Assembly: GCA_964620955.1 (NCBI GenBank)
Contig: CAZUKH010000001.1
Location: 190,810 to 254,809 of the forward strand
Direction: 5' to 3'
DNA from: an uncultured Candidatus Saccharibacteria bacterium
Lineage (GTDB): Bacteria > Patescibacteriota > Dojkabacteria > J137
Length of the DNA stretch: 64,000 nucleotides
Shown: positions 57,513 to 64,000 of the stretch, piece after piece
Numbering within the stretch: position 1 is the stretch's first letter
Layout: each line of letters opens with the position of its first letter
Program-made: the position numbers and the translations under genes
Notes under the pieces: model-generated
What the model was told of the DNA's origin: nothing
The model's database searches: none
The model's input: the letters and a program-made list of their open reading frames with translations, nothing else

Positions 57513-57863
57513 GTGGCACAAAGTTTGCTTAGAATAAAATCTTACAACTTCGCTTTAAAAGTAGTTGGGTTATACGAGGAGCTACGTATGTCAAAAGAAT
57601 ATGATTTGGCGCGGCAATTACTAAAAAGCGGGACATCTATAGGAGCTAATATTGAAGAAGCTTTCGGTTCCCAGTCTAAGAAAGAGTTCTCTTCAAAGCT
57701 GTCAATCTCGTATAAGGAGTGTTTAGAAACAAAGTACTGGTTAAATTTGCTTGTAGATAGTGATAAAATTGAAGCTAATAAGGGGGAAGAGCTCATACAG
57801 AACCTAACTGAGATAGCCAAGATGTTAGCTAGCTCAAGAATTACCGTGATGAAGAGTTTATAG
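57513..57863 (+). CDS. Four helix bundle protein (23S rRNA-IVP/bAvd-like family)
   Basis: KSYNFALKVV...LARQLLKSGTSIGANIEEA...SKKEFSSKLSISYKECLETKYWLNLL. Confidence 0.9.
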   Translation: MAQSLLRIKSYNFALKVVGLYEELRMSKEYDLARQLLKSGTSIGANIEEAFGSQSKKEFSSKLSISYKECLETKYWLNLLVDSDKIEANKGEELIQNLTEIAKMLASSRITVMKSL

Positions 57864-57882
57864 CTTTTAGTTTATACCTTTT
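57855..57882 (+). repeat. T-rich 7-nt-period repeat tract downstream of the four-helix-bundle gene
   Basis: AGTTTAT AGCTTTT AGTTTAT ACCTTTT. Confidence 0.55.
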
Positions 57883-57890
57883 CGTTCTAT

Positions 57891-58553
57891 ATGTTTTTTC
57901 ATATTATCACTGCTTTTCCGAATGCGTTTTCGTATTTAAATGAAAGTATGCTAAGAAAAGCGCAGTTAAAAAAGCTTATACAATTAAGCATTATTGATTT
58001 AAGAGAATTTGGAATTGGTAAACGTAAAAAAATTGACGACAGACCCTTCGGCGGAGGAGCAGGTATGCTTTTGCAAGTCGATCCTGTTTATAAGGCACTA
58101 AAAAGCTTAGGTGTTTATCCAAACCGTAAGAAAAATACCAAAATAATTCTTACTTCACCCCGTGGCACGTTATGGAACCAGTCAATAGCTAACCAGTTTT
58201 CTCAATCTATAAAGCATGTTGTAATAATTTGCGGCCATTATGAAGGAGTCGATGAAAGGATTTCGCAAAATCTTGTGGATGAGGAGGTAAGCATAGGAAA
58301 TTACATTCTTTCGGGAGGGGAACTTGCATCAATGATAATCGTAGATTCTATTTCGCGTTTAATTCCTGGAGTTTTAGGAAACGAAAATTCTCCATTAAAT
58401 GAAACTTCTTTTGATTATGGTCAGGTTTCGCCAGAGCATCCTCAGTACACCAGGCCAGAGATTTATAAAACTGAAGAAGGACAGGAATGGAAAGTACCAC
58501 AGATTCTACTCTCCGGAAATCATGCAGCAATAAAACAATGGCAAAATCAGTAA
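57891..58553 (+). CDS. trmD: tRNA (guanine37-N1)-methyltransferase
   Basis: DDRPFGGGAGM, CGHYEGVDER, SIGNYILSGGE, PQYTRP, LLSGNH. Confidence 0.96.
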   Translation: MFFHIITAFPNAFSYLNESMLRKAQLKKLIQLSIIDLREFGIGKRKKIDDRPFGGGAGMLLQVDPVYKALKSLGVYPNRKKNTKIILTSPRGTLWNQSIANQFSQSIKHVVIICGHYEGVDERISQNLVDEEVSIGNYILSGGELASMIIVDSISRLIPGVLGNENSPLNETSFDYGQVSPEHPQYTRPEIYKTEEGQEWKVPQILLSGNHAAIKQWQNQ

Positions 58554-58588
58554 ATAGGCAGAAAGCTTGGTGAGGTTACAATCAATTT

Positions 58589-60445
58589 GTGCTAAAATGC
58601 ATTTCATTCCACTTCAATAAGGTTTTCATGAAAAAGTCTAAAAAAAATGTAAAATTTCGTGATCTTGTTGGGGCTTATTTGCGTTTACTGGGTTACGGTT
58701 ATAAATCTAATAAGATTATTTTCCCTTTAGTTTTTATCTTAATTTTTATAGTTTCTATCGTTCCGTTTTTTAATACTTTTGTAGATAGTAAAATTGTAGA
58801 CCAAATTGTCAGTCTTTTAAATATTTCTGCTGAAAGTAGAAACCTTGACCAGCTTTTTATCTTTATCGGAATTGCCATAGCTCTCTCATTTTCAGAAAAA
58901 ATTTTATGGGCATGCATAACCTATTTCGAAAAAGTCACATATTTTGCTTCTGCAAGATTGTTTGCAAAGCAATTTACAGATAAATGCGCCAATCTTGATT
59001 TATACCACTTTGAGAATAATGAGACTAATTTAATGATAGAAAAAGCCAAATCCGCTTATGATTGGAAAACACGGGATTCATTAAATAGAATGATTTGGCT
59101 AACTGCAGACCTTGTTAGGATTGTTTCGAGCGTACTAATAGTTTTAAACTTTTCAATTATTGCTTTTTTAATAGTCCTTATAGCAACTCTTCCCTCGTTA
59201 ATAGCTAACACTAAAATGGGTAGAGATACATGGGGAATATGGGACGCAGATACAAAAACAAGAAAGCTTTATTGGTGGACTCGTGATTATCTTACCCGAG
59301 AGGATTACCTTAAAGAATTAAGAATTTTAGGAGCAACTGATTTTTTGGCAAATTTTGTTGAAAACGTTTACGACAAATTTATGAATAAGGCTAAAAAAGA
59401 CCAGCTTAAAAGGACTCTTATAGATTCAATTTTAGGAAATATTTCCACTCTTGGAATACTTGGCTTTTGGATATTTTCAATATTTGCTACTTTAAATGGG
59501 CAAATAACAGTAGGATTGCTCACATTTTACGTGAGCTCGATGTACCGATTCTCGGACGCACTTTCTGGTTTTTTTAGACGAATTGGCCAGCAGTACGAAG
59601 ATGGACTTTATATTATTGACTATATTAAGTTTCTTGACTTAAAGCCAACGCTTAAGCCAGGCCATTTAAAACTTATCCAAAAAGCTTCACCACCACAAAT
59701 AGAGTTTAAGAATGTTAGTTTTTTTTACCCGGATACACAAAGGCTAGTATTAGATAATCTCAGCTTTACAATAAGTCCTGGAGAGAAGGTAGCCTTGGTT
59801 GGTGTAAACGGATCTGGAAAAAGTACTATAATTAAACTTTTATGTAGATTTTACGACGTTACATCTGGAGAGATTCTTATAGATGGGATAAATATAAAAG
59901 ACTTAGATCTTCAAACGTATTATAAACTTATTGGAGCTCTATTCCAGGATTTTAACCGTTATGGGCAGTTTAGTGTCAGTGAGAATGTTAGTATCGGAGA
60001 TGTCAGTAAAGGCTCAAGTGAAAAAGAGATAATGGCCGCTATTAATAAGGCAGATGCGGATAAGTTTATAAGAGATTATAAAGATGGCATTAAGCAATTG
60101 TTAGACAAAAGCTTTGAGGGTGGGATAGATCCTTCAGTAGGTCAGTGGCAAAAAATAGCATTAGCAAGAATCTTCTTTAGAGATCCAAAAGTTTTGATTC
60201 TTGACGAACCAACGAGTGCAATTGATGCAAAGGCAGAGGCTGAAATATTTGACAGACTTTATGAGTTCACCAGAGAAAAGACTGTAATAATTATTTCACA
60301 TAGATTTTCAACTGTACGTAAAGCCGACAGGATAATGGTTATTGATGATGGGAAGCTACAAGAACAAGGAAGTCATAACCAGCTTTTAAAGAACAATGGC
60401 AAATACGCGGAGGCATTTTTAATACAAGCAAAAGGATACAAGTAA
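58589..60445 (+). CDS. ABC transporter, fused permease/ATPase (exporter type)
   Basis: TMD followed by GVNGSGKST, SVGQWQKIALAR, ILDEPT, ISHR; start probably ATG 58628. Confidence 0.92.
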   Translation: MLKCISFHFNKVFMKKSKKNVKFRDLVGAYLRLLGYGYKSNKIIFPLVFILIFIVSIVPFFNTFVDSKIVDQIVSLLNISAESRNLDQLFIFIGIAIALSFSEKILWACITYFEKVTYFASARLFAKQFTDKCANLDLYHFENNETNLMIEKAKSAYDWKTRDSLNRMIWLTADLVRIVSSVLIVLNFSIIAFLIVLIATLPSLIANTKMGRDTWGIWDADTKTRKLYWWTRDYLTREDYLKELRILGATDFLANFVENVYDKFMNKAKKDQLKRTLIDSILGNISTLGILGFWIFSIFATLNGQITVGLLTFYVSSMYRFSDALSGFFRRIGQQYEDGLYIIDYIKFLDLKPTLKPGHLKLIQKASPPQIEFKNVSFFYPDTQRLVLDNLSFTISPGEKVALVGVNGSGKSTIIKLLCRFYDVTSGEILIDGINIKDLDLQTYYKLIGALFQDFNRYGQFSVSENVSIGDVSKGSSEKEIMAAINKADADKFIRDYKDGIKQLLDKSFEGGIDPSVGQWQKIALARIFFRDPKVLILDEPTSAIDAKAEAEIFDRLYEFTREKTVIIISHRFSTVRKADRIMVIDDGKLQEQGSHNQLLKNNGKYAEAFLIQAKGYK

Positions 60446-60494
60446 AAAAATTAAGTACTCCTTCATTGCATAATTAGCTAAACTTATTTAGTAT

Positions 60495-62003
60495 TTGATT
60501 AAAGCTCTGGCTAAGATTATGTTAGGAAAATTAATAACAGTGTGTTGGACTTGCATTTTTTGCACAGCCATAACAATTTCATTCGCAGTCGTTAAGGCTC
60601 ACGCCAATGTTGAAAAAGAAAACTTATTCCCATTTGTAAGGTTTGAGTCAAATAATTACTATCCTCAGCAAGGAGAGTCAGTAACTCTTACATGGACTTC
60701 AAAAGGATTTTCAGAAGTTTCGCTAACATCTTCCTTAGGAGAAAGTGAAAAGGTCAGTTTAAGCGGTAAAAAAAACATATTGTTTGTTGAGCCTTTAGCG
60801 TATGTTCTTAAAGCTCAAAATACGAGTGGAGAGTCGCTGGAAGTTCAAATTTTCTTAGGAGAAAAAGATAATCAGTTAGCAGGATTGGCTGATGCTGCCC
60901 CTAAAATTCAAAGCTTTAATATTAGCTTTGAGCCTGGGATTACAAAAACGAAGGCTATGATTTCTTGGTCTACCGAAAATGCAGAGTCCGTAATACTAAA
61001 TATATTAGAATATGATATTGGTCCAAAGGGTTACCTAGAGCTTTATATAGAGCATGACACTATATTTGAGTTGATAGCCACTAATGGTAGTGGTAAATCT
61101 GATTCTGAGTATAGTTTTGTAAGGAACGAGAGTTTGATATATAGAGTAGATTTATTTGTTCCGTTTTTATTAGGTACTACTATTTATCTTCTAGGCATAA
61201 TATTTTTTGTAGCGAATCCACTTAATCCGGTTGTAACTTTATTAAGGATTATTACAGCGTTCAAAAAGCACAATAACTATCTGAGTTTTGGTTATGTGTA
61301 CGATCAAAGTCGTTTAAAGCCAATACCTTTCGCAACTATAGACTTTATTAAACAGGATAAACTAGTATCTTCCCAAATTGCAGATACTTATGGACTTTTC
61401 CGTATTCCTCAAACGCAAATAGATGTTTTAAAAATTAAAGCCTTTGGGTTTGAGGAGCTAGTGATGGATTTAGCCATAAAGCCTAATTCACAATCACAAG
61501 TTGCTGTTATTGCCGAGCTTGTTAGTAAACCTCAAACAGTAGGCAAATTGGCTAAATGGCGATTTATTAATAGAGTGGTGGGTTTTAGCTTGTTTAGAAA
61601 CATTGCCAGGTTTTTTTTTATTTTGGGTTTTGCATACTCACTTTTTTGGTTAGCTTTATATCCTAATCTACAGTTCTTAATTACATTCATTGTATACATG
61701 TGCATATCGCTTTATGGCTATACTCGAATAAGAAAGTCTTTTTACATAAAGACTGGAAGGGTTGTGGACAGCAGAAAAAGGCCTGAGTCTTTTACTAGTG
61801 TTGCATTTTTTAAAGGCGATGAATTAAAAAGAGTTTTTACTACCAATTTATTTGGTGTCTTTGAAGGGTACCTTGATAAAGGCTTATATACAGTAATGCT
61901 TTTTAGAAAAGGAGTTAATTATTACAACTATAACAACATATCAAGGTCATTAGCTGTAGGTAATAGCAGATACTTTGAAAAAGATTTTATCAATAAAAAC
62001 TGA
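60495..62003 (+). CDS. Membrane protein with Ig-like and carboxypeptidase-regulatory-like domains
   Basis: Signal peptide; GESVTLTW repeats; GYVYD...KPIPFATI...TYGLF and GRVVD...TTNLFGVF prealbumin-like repeats; TMs. Confidence 0.65.
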   Translation: MIKALAKIMLGKLITVCWTCIFCTAITISFAVVKAHANVEKENLFPFVRFESNNYYPQQGESVTLTWTSKGFSEVSLTSSLGESEKVSLSGKKNILFVEPLAYVLKAQNTSGESLEVQIFLGEKDNQLAGLADAAPKIQSFNISFEPGITKTKAMISWSTENAESVILNILEYDIGPKGYLELYIEHDTIFELIATNGSGKSDSEYSFVRNESLIYRVDLFVPFLLGTTIYLLGIIFFVANPLNPVVTLLRIITAFKKHNNYLSFGYVYDQSRLKPIPFATIDFIKQDKLVSSQIADTYGLFRIPQTQIDVLKIKAFGFEELVMDLAIKPNSQSQVAVIAELVSKPQTVGKLAKWRFINRVVGFSLFRNIARFFFILGFAYSLFWLALYPNLQFLITFIVYMCISLYGYTRIRKSFYIKTGRVVDSRKRPESFTSVAFFKGDELKRVFTTNLFGVFEGYLDKGLYTVMLFRKGVNYYNYNNISRSLAVGNSRYFEKDFINKN

Positions 62004-62011
62004 AACGAGAG

Positions 62012-62473
62012 TTAGAAGCTGGATGCCCATTTAGACGCCTCTTCAATAGAGCCTTCTTTGAGAGGACCTTCTTTACCAGTAACCCAAAATGTTTGTGATT
62101 CAATTTTCACGCCTCCCCTTTTCACTAAAGCATTTAGTAACCTTGGTGCAGCGTTTCCAAAAACTTTTATAAGCCTTTTGGTTATAAATCCGTGTCCTTC
62201 CTGGGGGATGCTTGTGTCAAAAGTGGCAACGCGTATTTCTTTGAAAGATTTCTTATTAGTATTTTTTAAAAAGTTTTTGATATTATCTGTGAACCAGCCA
62301 CCGTGTGTTGGTGTTCCAAAAACTAACAGTTCAATACTTTTTAAATCCTCAAGGGTGAGATCTGAAACTTTTTTAATTTTTGTTGAGTACTTTGTGGAAA
62401 GTTGATCATAAATTGCAGTTGCTAGCTTTTCGGTATTTCCAAATAGTGAGTCGTATGCGACAAGTGCATTCAT
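62012..62473 (-). CDS. Flavodoxin family protein
   Basis: YDSLFGNTEK FMN loop, FGTPTHGG, ATFDT, GPLKEG. Confidence 0.88.
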   Translation of the reverse strand: MNALVAYDSLFGNTEKLATAIYDQLSTKYSTKIKKVSDLTLEDLKSIELLVFGTPTHGGWFTDNIKNFLKNTNKKSFKEIRVATFDTSIPQEGHGFITKRLIKVFGNAAPRLLNALVKRGGVKIESQTFWVTGKEGPLKEGSIEEASKWASSF

Positions 62474-62572
62474 AAAAAAATATAAAAGTTATTTTAAATA
62501 TTATTGCATGTTTCGGCACTAGGTTAAAAATAAAAATCTCCTGCCGCCAGGCACGATAGTTGAAGTTTCGTA

Positions 62573-62830
62573 TTAAGTACTAGGAGAGTGGGCAATTTCA
62601 TAGATTTGTCTCCGATGTTTTTTGGTACTTTTCAAAAAGTACTCGTAAACAAGTGCTTCGCTTTTGGTAGAGAAATTTTTTTTATAGATAATTACCCAGT
62701 CGGAAGTCATTCTTGTGTATTTTGCCCCCTTACCAGTATTGTGTTTATGCAAACGAGCATTTAAGTCATTTGTATATCCAACATAATGTTTATTTTTGTT
62801 TGAGGAGTAGAGTAGGTATACAAACCACAT
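62573..62830 (-). CDS. Small GIY-YIG nuclease
   Basis: FVYLL...YVGYTNDLNARLHKHNTGKGAKYTR...SEALVYEYFLK. Confidence 0.88.
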   Translation of the reverse strand: MWFVYLLYSSNKNKHYVGYTNDLNARLHKHNTGKGAKYTRMTSDWVIIYKKNFSTKSEALVYEYFLKSTKKHRRQIYEIAHSPST

Positions 62831-62844
62831 AGTAAAAAAATGAA

Positions 62845-62908
62845 TCGGGGAGACAGGACTCGAACCTGCAACCCCACGCTCCCAAAGCGTGTATTCTAGC
62901 CAATTGAA
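62845..62908 (-). pseudogene. 5'-truncated tRNA-Pro(TGG), probable att site
   Basis: D-loop, anticodon arm CACGC-TTTGGGA-GCGTG, T-arm and 3' acceptor strand CTCCCCG-A are intact. The 5' acceptor strand (CGGGGAG) is replaced by AT-rich DNA. Confidence 0.8.
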
Positions 62909-63220
62909 TATTATAAAAACTTTTTAGATAAATTCATTCCAGATTTTAATATTTTTAATCAAATAATGGTAGAAAGTAGTCAAAAAATCTTAGAAAGACC
63001 TAATCTCTCCCTCGACAATTGAAAAGTGTTTCAATAGTCGTTTCGGTTCGTAAACGGATAATAAGTATATTATTTAGAGTGAGGTAATTATTTTGCTAGG
63101 TTAGCTCTGTTATTTAAGAGAGTGATAGGGGTCCTAGATCATTGAGTTTATCATTAGTAGTATTGGTTATTGGAAATATGGTGTAGTTTTAGGTCTATCA
63201 AAATTTCGAAATTAGGTCTG

Positions 63221-64000
63221 TCAAGCTTTGGTTATATCAAGTAATCTATCTGCAATTTCTTTTTCATCCGGTAGATATTTTGCATATTCAGCAGGGAGTT
63301 CATTATGACTCTTGTAAGTTGCAATTGCCATGGGTTTATTAACGTCTGCTAAAGTATATTCAACAAGTGTTCTGTCTTTCTCTTTACATATAATTATTCC
63401 AATAGATCTATTTTCATCTTCAGTTTTAACTTGTCTATCAAGAGCTGTGAGATAAAATGACATTTTGCCTGCATACTCAGGCTTGAAGTTACCGATTTTC
63501 AATTCAATAGCTACAAAAGATTTAAGTGGGCGATGATATAAAAGTAAGTCTATGAAGTATTCTTCTTTGCTAACTTCAATTTTGTATTGCCTTCCCACAA
63601 ATAGAAAATTGTGGTTCATTTCAATCAAGAATTTCTCAATATTCTGAATAATTGAATCTTCAAGTTCTCTTTCGGAGTGTTCTTCACCAAGTTCGAGAAA
63701 ATCAAAGATGTATTCATCCTTTACTGCGAGCTTTGCCTGATCTCGATATTTTTCATCTATTGCAACATCAAAGTTATTTTGACTATTGATAGATCTTTCA
63801 TAATCTTTAAAAGCGATTTTATTCATTAGTACACGATGAGACCAGCCATTTTTAATGCTCAATTGCATATAGTATTCTCTTTCTGCATTATCTTTACACC
63901 GTTCCAGAACTAAGACATTGTGCGACCAGCTAATTTGTCCAGACAGTGTCTGGATTTTTTTATCTTCCTTATATGTTTCATAAAATCTAACCATATTGAA
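63221..64000 (-). CDS. YhcG/DUF1016 PD-(D/E)XK nuclease family protein; 5'-partial
   Basis: ISWSHN, EREYY...WS, KDEYIFDFL, ERELE, FVGRQ, IDLLLYHR, IELKIG, GKMSFY, SIGIIIC; frame runs off the window edge. Confidence 0.9.
   Translation of the reverse strand, partial: FNMVRFYETYKEDKKIQTLSGQISWSHNVLVLERCKDNAEREYYMQLSIKNGWSHRVLMNKIAFKDYERSINSQNNFDVAIDEKYRDQAKLAVKDEYIFDFLELGEEHSERELEDSIIQNIEKFLIEMNHNFLFVGRQYKIEVSKEEYFIDLLLYHRPLKSFVAIELKIGNFKPEYAGKMSFYLTALDRQVKTEDENRSIGIIICKEKDRTLVEYTLADVNKPMAIATYKSHNELPAEYAKYLPDEKEIADRLLDITKA

Larger units (their letters stand above)
62845..64000. mobile_element. Probable left end of an integrative element/genomic island inserted in tRNA-Pro
   Basis: Displaced tRNA 3' fragment, repeated TTAGGTCTNTC motifs and a DUF1016 nuclease gene; no integrase in this window. 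Confidence 0.5.

Noticed and set aside
57513-57863. Diversity-generating retroelement (avd-like gene)
   Set aside because: No reverse transcriptase or TR/VR repeat pair is visible in the window.
62909-63220. Group I intron splitting tRNA-Pro (CCGAAACGACTA and GAGATTAGGTCT on - resemble P7 R/S elements)
   Set aside because: No terminal G at the junction, no 5' exon CGGGGAG within the window, and the GACTA is tied up in a local hairpin; an att-site explanation fits better. An Infernal search would settle it.
1-64000. CRISPR array or cas genes
   Set aside because: No regularly spaced 23-47-nt direct repeats and no Cas-like ORFs were seen.
1-64000. Alternative genetic code (UGA=Gly, code 25)
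   Set aside because: Conserved genes are full length in code 11, and several end in TGA exactly where the next gene starts (846, 13466, 28111, 45319).

Overview
An AT-rich, gene-dense bacterial chromosome segment in genetic code 11 that contains the replication origin region (dnaN-dnaA-yidD with DnaA boxes). The gene content and the lack of Shine-Dalgarno motifs suggest a Patescibacteria (CPR) genome, possibly Dojkabacteria-like; this is an inference. Housekeeping genes include rsmI, comM, tsaD, sodA, apbE, holA, ftsK, dnaJ, adk, murE, argS, pcrA and trmD. They are interspersed with ORFans and many surface or cell-wall genes: a sortase with LPxTG/LPxTA substrates, two FemABX transferases, PilN/PilO-like proteins, and a locus of two CBM6-dockerin polysaccharide enzymes followed by a membrane-anchored cohesin. 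There are two intact tRNAs (Ser-CGA and Arg-GCG) and a 5'-truncated tRNA-Pro-TGG that looks like the att site of an element extending past the right edge. Other notable signals are many genes with an extended -10 box only 5-7 nt before the start codon (probably leaderless), a CIRCE operator apparently split by an inserted ORFan, 7-nt-period repeat tracts around a four-helix-bundle gene and inside ArgS, TsaD, PcrA and YidD, and several probable pseudoenzymes. All calls come from reading motifs by eye; no database searches or computations were run.
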